In this document: positions 22,577 through 36,100 of the stretch, piece after piece
How positions within the stretch are numbered: the stretch's first letter is position 1
Layout of the letters: each line of letters begins with the position of its first letter
From: Cyanophora paradoxa CCMP329
Taxonomy: Eukaryota; Plantae; Glaucophyta
Direction of reading: 5' to 3'
Assembly (NCBI GenBank): GCA_004431415.1
Contig: QPMI01000040.1
Location: 310,001-374,000, forward strand
DNA length: 64,000 nt
Program-made: the position numbers and the translations under genes
The notes under the pieces: generated by a model
What the model was told of the DNA's origin: nothing
What the model saw: only the letters and a program-made list of their open reading frames with translations
Databases searched by the model: none

Positions 22577-22812
22577 CTGTAGGATTGCTTTTTTAGCCGA
22601 TGTTTTAAATTGCCGTATATTGCCGAGAGGCGGATTTCGGCAATTTTAAAGCACGGCAATTCTCAGGGGGTAGGGCTAAACGACCGATTTTGTATGGCGC
22701 GGCATTGGCGCCATTGAAGAAATCCAGAGTTTCGGCAATTTATCGTCACGGCAATTCCGGTTTTTGTCGAATTCGGCAATTTAACTACGCGGCAATTTAA
22801 GCATTCCTACAG
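22577..22812. mobile_element. TA-flanked MITE with CTGTAGG termini
   Basis: TA|CTGTAGGATTGCTT...AAGCATTCCTACAG|TA; internal CGGCAATT/AATTGCCG repeats. Confidence 0.75.
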
Positions 22813-23039
22813 TATTAAAGGAAGTTTTGTCGAATTTGTCGAGCGAAAAGTAACGTTAACTATATAGCTACTAGCTAGTTGAAGTAAATAATTCGTATAC
22901 GTAGCCTGTTAACTTGATAGTGATTAACTTACCAGTAGTAAGGATAACAACAATTAAGTTACTAGGCAATTAAGTTAGTAGTATAAACAAGCAAATTGAA
23001 GCAAGCATAACTTGAAATATTACGGAATCCGCAAGCTAG

Positions 23040-23780
23040 CGCTTGCCACCGCTTGCATTGCGCATGCTGCGCATGCGGATTGCAATTGCAGGCAATATAT
23101 TACCGGGGTAATTGGCACCGGCCTGTGGCCACTGGCCACTGGCCACAGTGGCCAGTGGCCAGTGGTAGGCACTGCCACACTGGTAGCTGCCACTGCCTGC
23201 CAGGGATGGGAAAATTTTTGGGGGTCCCCCTAGAGTCCAAAAAGTTTTGCAAAAATGTTTGCCTTGTATGTAAAATTTTTGAGAAACTTTTAGAATGTAT
23301 GGGAAAAATTTAGAAACCGCCAAAAAGAATGCGAATGTTTGCACAAAACGCTACTGCTGCACTCTAAACACGTACCCTGGTAGCTGCCAAGTTGCAAGCT
23401 GCAACGTTGACTTCTGCAGCCTGCAGCCTGCGCATGCCAGGGCTGCCGCGGCTGCGCATGCAGCCTGCATGCAGCGGCATTGCAGCCTGCCAGGGCTGCG
23501 CATGCAGCTGCAGTCCAGGCCCAGGCTGTGCAGCCTGCAGGCTGCAGCTGCAGGCTGCTCTCAGAGTCTGCGCATGCCGCTGCGCAGTGCAGCCTGCCCC
23601 AGTGGATGCAGGCTGATGACTAGTGATGCAGCTGTGCAGCGGCTGCAGCTAGCCTAGTAGCCTGCCAGGTTGGCCGCTGGCAGGCTGCAGCCTGGCAGGC
23701 TGCAGGCTGCAGCCTGCAGCCACGGCCCACGTCACACACGGGCCACGTCACGTGCCGCCACGGCCGCCGCGGCCCGCCAC
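23040..23780. repeat. Palindrome-rich low-complexity tracts (TGGCCA, CTGCAG, TGCGCA, GCATGC)
   Basis: Reiterated short palindromes, interrupted by an AT-rich segment at 23201-23379. Confidence 0.75.
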
Positions 23781-23782
23781 TA

Positions 23783-24459
23783 CCGTAAAGCACGTTATTA
23801 ATGCGCGCACTTAATTAATGCGACACCAAATATTAATTAATGCTTTTTTTTTTTGGTGAATTACCGGCCACAGTCTCTAGACACCAGCACTGCGGGGGCT
23901 GCCCAGGGGGCATAAAGACAAAAAAGCAAAATAACTAAGACAAGAGCACGAAGAAAGATAAGACAAAGAGCCAAAATCGACAATAAAAAAGAAAAGACAC
24001 AGAGCTCGAGACAGATCGAGAAGAGACGAGAAATCGAGCAGATCTAGGGACAGAGGATGACTGACACGAAGAAGAGCCAGAGCTAGAGATACCATCAATA
24101 TCGGAAGGAATTACATCACTAAGAAGCGGAGGACAAATTTGAGAAAGATAAATAACAGGAAGCAGACAAGTAAGAGGAACAACAAGACGACGCGGAGGCG
24201 GAGGCGAAGCAGGACGACGCGAAAGGGCAGAGCTACGGCAGAGCTAATATTAATTAATGCGCTTTCCGGAGGCAAAACGCATTAATTTGGTCCCGCATTA
24301 ATATTGAAACGCTAAGAAACTGCTGTATATGTACCCCCAGCCGCAGCCAAAAGGCTTCAAAACGCATTAATTTGGTGCCGCAAATAGCCATTATGTGGGT
24401 CCGGGACTCCGGGTCCAAACACGCATGAATATCTGGCGCAATAATTAAGTGCATTACGG
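23783..24459. mobile_element. Tc2/pogo-like MITE with CCGTA termini, interrupted by a retrocopy
   Basis: TA|CCGTAAAGCACGTTATTAATGCGC...GCGCAATAATTAAGTGCATTACGG|TA; GCATTAAT subterminal repeats. Confidence 0.8.
23844..24245 (-). mobile_element. 5'-truncated non-LTR retrocopy, copy 3, nested in the MITE
   Basis: poly(T)GGTGAATTACCGGCCACAG end; perfect 15-bp TSD AATATTAATTAATGC at 23829-23843 and 24246-24260. Confidence 0.88.
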
Positions 24460-24717
24460 TAGTACTCAGGCACTAGTAGTAGTCTAGTACTGGGCCGCCA
24501 GTGCACTGCGGCAGCATGATCATGTCATCATGATCGATCATGATGCCATCATTGCCATGTCAGCCATGATGGCTGATGATCATCGGATGCAGGCTGCCAG
24601 GCTGAGCTGTCCACTCATTTATATACACATATATATAAGAGAGGCTCAAACAACAAATTTTTTTAACTTAGTAAGCCCGGGGCCTGCGGTAGCAGCGGTA
24701 GTACTAGGCTACTACTA

Positions 24718-25636
24718 CTGTAGAACTAGTTTATTTAGTACAGGAAAATAATTAGTACTTTGCGATTTTGGTCATTTTAGTGGGCGGGAAATATTTGGTA
24801 GGTCCGGCCAAACCGCTCCCTAGGGGGCGTCAGCGGAGGCCCCCCCCCGGCCCCGCCCTCCCGCCCCGCGCCCCCGCCGCTGCAGGTCGCTGCTGTCACT
24901 GCTACTGCACCGTGGCGATCCTTGAAGGACTGGAGCCAGTGGCGGTTGACCAGGCTGAGCTCGAGAAGGTCGTACCGACGGCGCTTCTTCATCAGGATCC
25001 CCCTGCGCGCGCGCGGGCCCGGCCTCAGGAACAAGCGAAGAGAAAGCTCTATAAACGCACTTTGCAGCGCCGATGATGGTCTTGCCGCGGATGACGGCGC
25101 CGTCGCCGCGCATGCGGTCGAGGTACGCCTTCAGCCAATCCTTAAGCTTGGCCAGGGCGAGCCCGCGCGGGCGACGTCGACCGGGCGCACGCCGCTCGAG
25201 GAGCACGGGCCTAACGTTGCCGTCCTTGTACTGCTGCTTCAGCGCCGCCCGGTACTCGTTCCGGAAGCGCTGGATTGTCGAGACGGGGACGTTCAGCTTC
25301 GGCAAGCCGTACGACTTCAGCTCGCCGAGTCGCCGGCCGCGAGAAGCCGCTGAGGCGCCCGCCAGCGGCGCCGGCTGCGCCTTCTGATAGACCGTCGTGT
25401 CGGGCTCGGGCCAAGGCGTGGCTGCTCGGCTGGCCGGCCTTTCATCACTGGAGCTCGGCGGCGACGCCTGGCGCTTAGCTACGCGCTTGGGCGGCATTGC
25501 TTTCCCGCGCCTAAGGCCTTTTCAGCCGGTACCCCCCCTACCTCCCCTCTTTAGTGAGCGATAAAACTTTAGTAGAACGCCCAAAAATTTTTAGTACTAT
25601 AAATATGCAGCCCACTAAATATTTCTAGTTCTACAG
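24718..25636 (-). mobile_element. Internally deleted pogo/Tigger-like DNA transposon (919 bp)
   Basis: TA|CTGTAGAACTAG...CTAGTTCTACAG|TA; encodes a CENP-B/Tc5-type HTH with no room for a DDE domain. Confidence 0.85.
24910..25497 (-). CDS. Transposase-derived CENP-B/Tc5-type HTH DNA-binding protein (truncated, one intron)
   Basis: LKDWLKAYLDRMRGDGAVIRGKTIIGAAK|GILMKKRRRYDLLELSLVNRHWLQSFKDRHG, joined by a GT-AG intron at about 25004-25060; W..F..RH is typical of HTH_Tnp_Tc5. Confidence 0.7.
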
Positions 25637-27145
25637 TAGGCTAGGCTACTAGTGCTAGCAGCAGGCTGCCGGTCAGTGCCAGAGCCTGCCACTGCCTGCC
25701 AGCAGCGGCAGCGCAGCAGCTGCCAGCGCTAGCTAGCTATAGCTATTGTATACAACTAGCTATAGTGCTGCACTGCCGCAGTGCGCATGCGGCAGCCTGC
25801 AGGCTTCAAGGCTTGCAGCGGCACAGGAGATATACGCTGCTCTGTTGCGCACGCGAAGAGAAGCAAGCGCGGCAGGCCTAGCTTTAGAGAGCAAGAAGCT
25901 CGGATCTCGCGATCGGATTGCGCCGATCTTCGCTTATATAATTAGTCAGCCACAGCAACTTTGGCAACGCAGCAGCTATATGCACAGGTGCGCATATGCA
26001 TGCGTGCGCGCACACAACGCACGCGAGCCGGATCATGATCGTTGCATGTGCGCAGATCTATAGCTAGATAGAGCTCAGATGCGTGCGCTTGAGGAGGCTC
26101 GTCCTGCGCGCTTGCCAAACAACGGGAAGGCGCAGGGTCTCGCGCCGTGCGTCTCTTTAATATAGCGCCGATGTCGAAACTACGTATACTCGGATAGAAC
26201 GGCCTCGTGCCCTTCCGAATTCGCTTAGCTCGGCCCGGCGCCGCTCGGAGTGGCGCCTATACGCGTCCGGCGGGTCTTGGCATCCTTGCACCAGCTACAG
26301 CCTCCCCGTGAGATTTAGCGCTCCAGTTCCTGTGGCCGGGCCTGGTCCAGAGCCGAAGCCACGCGTCAGGCCCTACGTAACCTCTCCACGCTCATGAATA
26401 AGCTTCAACGTATAGGGCGAGTACTAGTGGAAGGCGGGGGCGCGCGCATGCGCAGCACGCATCACTGGCTATGGATCTCCTTCACTGGCTCTGAAACCGG
26501 CCCGCGAGACTTTACCTGCGACGAAGACCCTCCTCTGCGAGACATAGAGTCGTCGGCAAGCTTGTTTAACGCCTTTGCATAAACTAGTACTGCCTTTTCC
26601 TTCACCGAAACCGGTTCTGGCCGCGGGCCCCAAGCCGCGAGCGAGCCCAGCAGGTTGATTTCGAACTCTCACCGATATATAGTCATGGTCACCCAGAGTA
26701 CCCTTGCCCGTTCCAGCCCCTCTCGAATTCGCAATCTGGATCCAAAAAGATTTCACTGCGCCTTTCCCTACATATCTAGATATATAGATAAGGGGCCATA
26801 GTTTTCAGATCACGGATTTCACCATGTTGCCTCGACGTCTAGATCTAAAGATGCAGCGCAGGTACCGGTGCAAATATTCCAAGCGAGATAAAGGGGCCTC
26901 TGATGCTTTGTAAGTTTCCCTCCTCTCATTCTTCCTTTCTGTTCGTCTTATGGGGCTTCTCTCAATTCGCGTTGCCAGTCGACGCGTACGATCGCGAGCT
27001 GGATCCGGAGGCTTAGGATTTGATTGCCAGGAGCGTCTTCCCCAGAACCGTCGCCCCTATCTCCCGCCTCCGACGCTCCAAGGACACGCAGCAGGTGCTC
27101 CCGTCAGACTTGACTCTGCTTTTCGTAGCAAGATGTAGCTATAGC

Positions 27146-30100
27146 ATGACGCGCACGGCAGCGCTCCTGGCAATACTGGGCGCGCTCCTCCTGGTGCCGG
27201 CTCTTTCCCAAGGAGCCACTCCGCCGGACGCCCCCGCATCGGTTTCGGTCAGCAGCATCTTTGGCACTAGAGCGGAGATCGTAGTCACATTTGGGTACAA
27301 TGGCGGCTCAAATATTACGAGCGCAAGCGCGAGCTGCCAGCTCAGTGCGGGCGGCTCTGCAGTATGGACGGGCAGCGTCGCGGTGGCGGCCGGAGCGGCG
27401 AATGCAAGCCTGACAGCCTTGGGACTGCAGCCTCTCACATCGTACGTCTGCAACGCAAACGTCACAAACGCCGCAGGAACCTCTCCTAACTCTTTTTCGT
27501 TGCCGTTCAACACCTCCGGTCAGTCATGCGCCTCTATCAAAATAATTCGCTTGCTCGCCCCTATCAACATAAGCTTAAGTGTGAGCAGCTCTGTATACCG
27601 TGACGTCGACTACGCTGGCCACGGGGCCAGGCGCCGGCCGAATTCGAGCCGCTGGCGTCATGTTTCGAAACCAGACCGGCAGCCTAAAATTTGCTGCCGT
27701 GTGTGGCGCCGAATCCCCACAGAATCCTTATGTTGCGACAACTATGGTTCTCGACGTCGGTGCGCATATATATAGGTTATCATACACATATCCGCCCTGT
27801 AGTAACACGCTGACCACACATATGCCATCCAACCTTTCTCGCCAGCCTCAAACACGTGGACGCTGCCGAACTTCACGGCGCCTCTTCCCTTAATGTTAAC
27901 GGCTTGCAGTTGGGACGGCGCCGGTGCGTTATCTTGTTGTTACGCGCACGCGCCATTTAAATTCCAAGTTCGAATTCTCATTTTGAATTACTCGCGCATG
28001 TTGCGTCTGTGTGCACGTCAATCCATGTAGACCTTGTCTACTGTGCCGGTTCGGGATCGCGCACAAACGTTCGCCGGGGAAAAAATCCGAATAACGTTTG
28101 CTGCAGGGGGCTATATTTCGACGGGAGAAACCACGGCCTTTTGGAGCTTTCCCGTGAATCTGACCGGGGAAATCGTCGACTACACGGCAGCGTGGCCTCT
28201 CCCGGAGTATCGCTCGTCTCACTGTAGCACTTTCTTCAACGGAAGCTTTTACGTGAGCATACAGCTGCAGAACAGAATCAAAATCATTAAGTTTGCGGCT
28301 CACGTCAAATTGTGTCGGCGTCTCGCAAATAGCTCGCGGGTGGACATACGGCTTCAGGAACCAACAAGCTGGATTTAATCCGGTGAGCGCTGGCGCCCCC
28401 TCGCTGGCAGTTATCTGTTTTTACATGGGACTTCCTTGTTCTTTGCAGCTGGTCGTCTGCCACAGGATGGGTGACTGAGATCTCTCAAGTTGAATCCCCG
28501 TACAGCAGCGTTTACTACGGCGGATGCACTCGGCTGGGTCAGTGGTCGTGCTCGCATGATAGAAATTGAAAGAGCGCTGATAACGTCTCCTTGCTGTTTC
28601 CAGGGAGCAAGCTCTATGTCCTCGACGGAGATTATCCCTCCAACCCTCCTGTGTCACTTTAGTGAGCTCGATCTCCGCTGACCTGAGCCGCAGCTCAGCT
28701 GCTTTCGTCCTTTCCACGCTGAACAATTTATTCCCAGCGAGGTCGAGCTGGCCGGAAGCGGCCCTCGGTCCTGGCGTCGGGTGGACACGCTTGCGTCGAG
28801 CGACGTGGCGAAGGATGAGGGCCCCGGATCGCGTCTTATTTTCGGTGGCTGTGGAGCCTTTTTGCTGCATGCGGGATCAAACTCTACCAGCGCCGAAATA
28901 TTTGAGCCTAGACTGCTCGACCCGACCAGTACGTATACGCAGCTCATGAGCTCGACACGCAATCGTTTTACACAGCTTCGCAGCGGGCGCTGTCGTCTCC
29001 TCCAGCACACCCGACGCTGTGCAGGAGTACCCGAACCTGCGCCAAATGGCCTACGGATCGGATCTCGATACCTGCACGGTTGTTGCGGCTACTGGGAAGG
29101 ACCCTAACACCAACGAGAAAATGAATAAGGCGTACCTCTTCACCGGTGCGTGCGTTGTATGTGAGCTTCGCGAAACACGCGCGCAACTTCTGCTGCAGTA
29201 AGGCAGCTGGAGCTCACATCTTCATCTCCTTCCGACACTCTCAGCCCGACGCCGACGCCGCTCCCCACTCCATCACCCATACCCGGATCTCCATCGACGG
29301 CCGGAATAACCTACCTGTCGACCTCCAGCGTCCCCTTCAACAGCGGCGTGGCCAGTCTCAGCATCTCCGGGCTGGACCCCGCCGACCATGTGTCGTCGGT
29401 CTCCGTGTCGTGCTCCTTCTCTGACCCAACTCTGCCCCCGCCGTTCGCGTCCTCCGTGGCGGGCTACTACGACGCCTCGTCCTGGACGGGATCGCAGTGG
29501 AGCGACCTGTCGGGCAACAGCAGGCACGCAACTCAGATCCGCGGGTCCCCCAACGTCACGATGGTCGCCTCAACGAACGTGCTGGGCGGCGGAATGACCG
29601 ACGGCATCGTCATTCCGGCCTCGGTCATGAACGCTTCGACTACTGCGTATACCTTGGTCCACGGCTGCCGTTACACATCGACGGACTTCAACAACGGTCC
29701 GAAATGGGGGCGCATCATCGATGGCACCACTCAAGTTGGCTTTGTATCCGGCTTTTATTCACAATTGCGTGCCGTGTCCTCGCGTATGGGAGGCTGGATC
29801 ACGCCCTCCGACTCGACTACTAACCCGGGGCAAATAGACGACTGGCTGCTCAGTGTTGATCGTCCCCAGAACTACCGCGGCAACGGCCTCGATCTGACCA
29901 CCTGTCCGACCTGCAGCAATTCTCCTGCAGACCAGATCGGAGTCAATTACGGATATTACACGTTCAATGGCAATCCCTCCCAGCAGTCGGAGTGGCAATG
30001 CTCGTTCGTACTCGTGTATGACCGGGAGCTGTCCGACAGCGAGGTGGAGGAGGTGGAAGTCTGGGCGCGCCTGCGCTACCCCGGAGTCACGTTCCCCGGC

Positions 30101-33100
30101 GCAACGGACTGGCAATACACGACTCTGGTGCCGCAGTCGGCGAGCTCCGTCATCGCCCTGGTTAGCTGCGCCACGCGCTTGCTCGCTACGTTCCCTTGGC
30201 CTCGGATCGTTTGCATTTTCAATGCTAGTACTGATGCGCTGGCCGGGGCTCTAGGTTGGCAAGGCGTATGGATACAGCTTCCCGGTGAACGCAGACATGC
30301 GCCAAGCTCTCTGATGCGCTGTCTGTACATATCTGACTGCGCGTTTCCGCAGGGGCCCATTCGTGCCAGCACGACGTACACCAGCTGCGTTGTTCAGCTC
30401 GCGAACTCCAACGGGACCGCGACAGCGAGCCCCGTCACGTTCACCACAACCTCCTCAGGGGGGAGCCCCGCGTTGACCAGCCCCCCGTCGGCCGCCGGCA
30501 TCAGCTACCTGGCCACCTCAAGCGTTCCTTTTAGCAGCGGCGTGGCGAGTCTCAACATTTCGGGGCTGGATCCAGCGGACCAGGTGCACTCGGTGTCGGT
30601 GACGTGTCCGCCTGTCGTCAACACAACGCTCGATCCTCCGTTTGCAACCTCCATTGTGGGCTTCTACGACGCTTCGTCGTGGACGGGCTCGCAGTGGAAC
30701 GACCTCTCGGGCAACGGCCAGCATGCAGCTACGATTCGCGGGGCTCCTAGCGTCGCGACCGTCGGCACCATCGCAACAAATGTGATGACCGGCACCACTG
30801 CCGATGGCATAAGCATCCCGAGCACCGTCATGAGCGCTTCAAGAACATCGTACACCGTTGCGCACGCGTGCCGCTACACCGCAACCTCGTTAGGCGCAAA
30901 CACCAAAGGTATCTTGATGGGTACGAACATGTACAGCACGTGGTTTTCGGGCCACTTGGGGGGTCAGCGCGGTGTGTCAAAGCACGGAGACCGGTACATT
31001 ACTTCGCAGAAGGGTGTACCATCGGCCATCAACGACTGGATTCTCAGCGTCGATGAACCTATGCAGTACCGCGTCAACGGCCGGGACCGCACTTGCACCG
31101 GTACCTTTATGTGCAACCAAAGTCCGAATCAGTCCCCCACGTCGGACACGATTTCTGTTAATTATGGAGCGTCTTCGGGTTATTATTCGGACTGGCAGTG
31201 CGCGTTCGTCCTCGTGTACGACCGGGAGCTCTCCGATAGCGAGGCGGAGGAGGTGGAGGCGTGGGCGCGCCTGCGGTACCCTGGAGTCACGTACCCATCG
31301 TTTGACTGGACGTTCACGACCCCGGTGGACGCGTCAGCGACCTCCGTCGTCGCTCAGGTATTTGACTCGAAGTTGCGGGCATTATAGTGCGGAGAATTTG
31401 GAGTCGTCATTTTTAATTATAACGCCCTTGGAATTAAAGATCTATAACACGCGGTGGCCGACGTCGACGCTCACACTTGCATCGCGCATTTGCGCAGGTC
31501 GGCAAGCCTTACAGCTTCCCGGTAAGCTGTTCGAAATGCGTTATGCTTTATGGCAAATGGCAAGCATTATGGCAAATTAAATAGCCGCGAAGTATGCGCA
31601 CGCAAACCGACTTTCGCGCTTCAAATTCGATTCGTTATTACTTTGTCACAGTGTAATCTGCGCCTGCGCACGCAGGGGCCCATTCGCGCGGGAACGACAT
31701 ACACCAACTGTCAAGTGCAGCTGACAAATGCGGTCGGCAAAACGACAAGCTCTGTCACGTTCACAACAAGCTCCGCTACGTTCACGACGAGCTCTCCGTC
31801 GGCCCCATCCGCCTTCATGCTGTCCAGCCCAACGCCGAACCAGAGGAACGTCACTCTTGTCGGCGGAAACGCGCAGTTCGTTCTGGAGGGCCTGAGCCCA
31901 GCGGATGGGCTGCAGAGGGCCACAGTGACGTGCGATGCATCGATAGGCGACCCGCTCGCGCAGCCGCCGTACGCCGCGTCCATCGCCGGCTGGTACGACG
32001 GGACGTCGTGGACGGGCACCTATTGGGGCGACCTGAGCGGCAACGGGCGAAATGCGACCGACACGAGGGGGAACATTATAGCAACTACTGACTCTTCTGG
32101 CGTGCCTGTCCTTGAGGGAGATCAAAACGCAGGTGTCCGCATCCCTACGACTGTCATGAACAGCGCAACCTCCCAGTACACGCTGGCGCACGGCTGCCGG
32201 ACACGTGATGACGACAGTCGCCTCGTCTACGGTGTGACAAAGAATTGGCTGTCGGGCTTCTGGGGGGACTCTGCGCCTGTCTATGGCGTCGCTTTCCACG
32301 AGGGATGGATCACACTCACATCTATGCCGGGCAATGTCCCTTCTCGCATAGATACATGGCTTCTGAGCGTCGACCGTCTTCGTTCATACAGGGCGAACGG
32401 CGTTGATCGGACAACGAATCCGTATGCTGGGTCCTCCACAGCCGACCAGATATCCGTTAATTACGGCAAGCATGACTACGATCCAGAATTGTCCTCGTGG
32501 TGGCAGTGCTCGTTCCTCATGGTCTACAGTCGGGAGCTATCTGATAGCGAAGTCGCCGAGGTGGAGGCTTGGGCGGTCAAACGGTACGGCTACGCTGGCC
32601 AGTTCCCTGGCCTTCCATCTTCCTATCGGTTCTCTGTCAACAAGACGCTCTCGGGATCAGAGACATCTACTGTCGTCCCGGTTCGCATTGCACATATATA
32701 ACTGTATAAATGCCTAAAGAGAAATTACCTTCCGGGTTCATTGTATCCTTATCTTCTTTTCCGCAGGTTCCTCTTGTCAATGGTGCGATGTACATGTGTT
32801 CGCTGGCGCTCGAGAACGGAGGGGGCACCTCGGCGCCGAGCGATATGCGCAATGTCACGTTCTCCACCATGCCTACCGGTCCTCCATCAACAGCGCGTGT
32901 CACATACGTCTCGACCTCCAACGTTCCCTTCAGTGGCGGCGTTGCCAATCTCACCATCCTCGGGCTGAATCCGTGGGACCAAGTCTCATCGATCTCCGTG
33001 ACATGTCCTCAAGTGGGCGAGACCTACACGACATCGGTGCCGCCATTCGCGGGATCCGCGATCGCCCAGGTGATCATGAGCATGCGATCCCAAATTGTAT

Positions 33101-36100
33101 ACCAGCGCTAGTACTAATTAAACATAACCTCCTCTGCGCTGCACAGATTGGCACTGCATTCTCTCCACAGGGGCCTATTTTTGCTGGCACAATGTACAGC
33201 AACTGTGCGGTGCAGCTGACGAACGCAGTGGGTACCACCGCTGCGAGCCCCGTCACGTTCATAACACGGCCGGCATCTGCCCCCTCGACTGCGGGTGTCA
33301 CGTACGGATCGACCTCAAGTGTCCCCTTCAGCAACGGCATGGCGAGCCTGAACATCAGTGGCCTCAATCCCACTGATCAGGTCTCCTCGATCTCCGTGAC
33401 CTGCCCTGTAACAGCGAATACAACGCTGGCGCCGCCGTTCTCTTCGGCTCTTGCGGGCTTCTACGCGGCCTCGTCGTGGACAGGATCGCAGTGGAACGAC
33501 CTCTCGGGCAACGATCGGCATGCGACTCAGACCCGGGGCACGCCCACCGTAGGCTCGTTCGGTTCGGCAAACGTGCTGCAAGGCAGCATCAACGACGGCG
33601 TCATATTTCCGGCTACCGTTATGAGCCCCTCGACGACTTCGTACACTTTTGTGCACTCGTGCCGCTACACTGCAGCATCCTTGGGCCCCACGACGAACCG
33701 CATTGTCGAAGGCGTCACCAAAAATTGGCTATCGGGGCATTTCCTCGGCCTGCGAGGTGTTTCTTTTCGGGAACGGTGGATCACCCTCGAAGAGAATGTA
33801 GTGCCTTCAAATATGGATGATTGGATCCTGAGCGTAGACCGTCCCCGGAATTACCACGCCAACGGACAAGACCGCACCTACTGCACAACCTGTGACTCTG
33901 AGACGTATGGGGATCAGATATCTATCAACTATGGCTTCACAGGCATCAACAACTATCCGTCACCGATACCGGGTTCAACACTTCAGTATTCGGACTGGCA
34001 ATGTGCGTTCGTTGTTGTATACAACCGAACGCTCTCCGATCTGGAGGTGGAGGAAGTAGAGGCCTGGGCGCGACTGCGCTTCCCTGGGATCACATACCCG
34101 GGATTCGGCTTTACATATACGACTTCGGTCCCGCCTTCAGCGAGCTCTGCAGTCGTCCAGGTGCACAGCCGCGAGCGCATCGTAGCCACTGACTGAGCGC
34201 TAACGTGTGCATGCAGATTGGCAAGCCTTACGGATTCCCGGTAAGCAATGCCGCTGCGTCTGTCGCCATCAGCCAGTCCCCATTCACGAATCGCGCAAAA
34301 AGGAAACTGATTTCACGTGCTCGCTAGGGTCCTATTCGTGCTGGCATGACCTACAACAATTGCGAAGTGAACCTGATGAACGCCGTGGGCTCCGCAACTG
34401 CGAGCCCTGTCACGTTTACTACCATGTCGCCAATTCCGCTGGTATCAAATATATCCATAGTCTCTGTAGGGGCGCGAAATGCAACGATGGCAATCACATT
34501 CGAGGGAGATGCATCGTCCGTATCGGCCAGCTGCAGTCCTTCGACAGGCGGAGCAGCAGTCTGGGGGCAATCAACAAGCGTGACACAGACTTCGACTACG
34601 ATCGTTCTCGCGATCCAAGCTCTCGAACCCAACACGACGTACGTGTGCCAGGCCAACGCGACGAGCGCGGCGGGGACCTCGCCCGCGACGCTCTCGACCT
34701 CGTTTACCACGGCTGCAGCTGCGGAGGCGCCTTCAACTTCGTTTATCACGTACGTATCGACCTCGAGTGTCCCGTTCAGCAACGGCGTGGCGAGCCTCAA
34801 CATAAGCGGACTGAACCCCGCCGATCAAGTATCCTCGGTATCCGTGACATGTCCCGGTACAGCGGACACGACGCTGGCCCCGCCTTTCGCGTCATCCGTT
34901 GCAGGCTTCTACACTGCATCATCTTGGGAAGGATTCGGGTGGTATGACCTCTCGGGAAAAAATCGTAATGCACATGACATTCGTGGGAATCCCAACGTAT
35001 CGACAGCTGCAGTGGGATCGACGAGAGTTTTTCAAGGAACAGTCAACGACGGAATCAGACTTCCGACTTCTGTTATGAGCTCGTCGACGCCAGCGTACAC
35101 GCTCGTGCATTCGTGCCGCTACACTGCCACAGCCTGGGGCTCCACAACGAACCGAATCATTGACGGCGTGAACGGCGGGTATTGGATGTCAGGCTTCCAC
35201 ATGTCTCACAACGGCGTGGCATTCCATGGAGTGTGGATTACAGAGCAGACTGCTGTGGGAAATCCTAACGACTGGATCCTCAGTGTCGATCGTCCCGAGA
35301 ACTATCGCGCCAACGGTCAAGACCGCACAGCCGCTTGTACTTCATGCACTGGTTCTGTTTCTGTTCCCTCGGACCAAATGTCAATCAACTACGGAGGAGG
35401 CGGGCAATATGGCGGCGAATATTCGGACTGGCAGTGCGCGTTCGTCCTCGTCTACGACAGGCTCCTCTCGAATGCCGAGGTGGAGGAGGTGGAGGCCTGG
35501 GCGCGTATGCGCTTCCCTGGTATCACCTACCCGAACTACGGGTTCACGTACACAACCTCTGTGCCGCCGTCGGCAAGCTCCGTAGTCGCCCAGGTGAGTG
35601 ATCGAGGCTATCATCTGCTCTTAATACGCGAAGGGCTAACACTCATGTTCGCAGGTCGGCAAGTCGTACAGCTTCCAGGTAATTTCATTTTAATAGTGCT
35701 GCGGATGATTAGAATGCACAATTTTAATCTGCATTCATGCAGGGGCCGATCCGCGCTGGGACGACCTATAGCAATTGTACGGTGCAAGTATCGAACGCTG
35801 CGGGGACGATGGCCGCCAGCCCTGTTACGTTCACAACAAGTCTGGCCGGGCTCCCTTCAACTTCAGATATCACGTTCGTATCGACCTCAAGTGTCCCGTT
35901 CAGCAACGGCGTAGCGAGCCTCAACATCAGCGGCCTCAATCCTGCGGATCAAGTCTCCTCTGTATCCGTGACATGTACCATTACAGTGAACACGACCTCG
36001 GCCCCGCCGTTCTCTTCGTCTGTTGCGGGCTTCTACGCTGCCTCCTCGTGGACAGGATCGCAGTGGAGCGACCTCTCGGGCAACAACCGGCATGCTAGTG

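Noticed and set aside
23201-23379. Possible hAT MITE (CAGGG...CCCTG)
   Set aside because: Only a 5-bp terminal match, and the adjacent 8-mers (CTGCCTGC versus GTAGCTGC) do not form a clean TSD.
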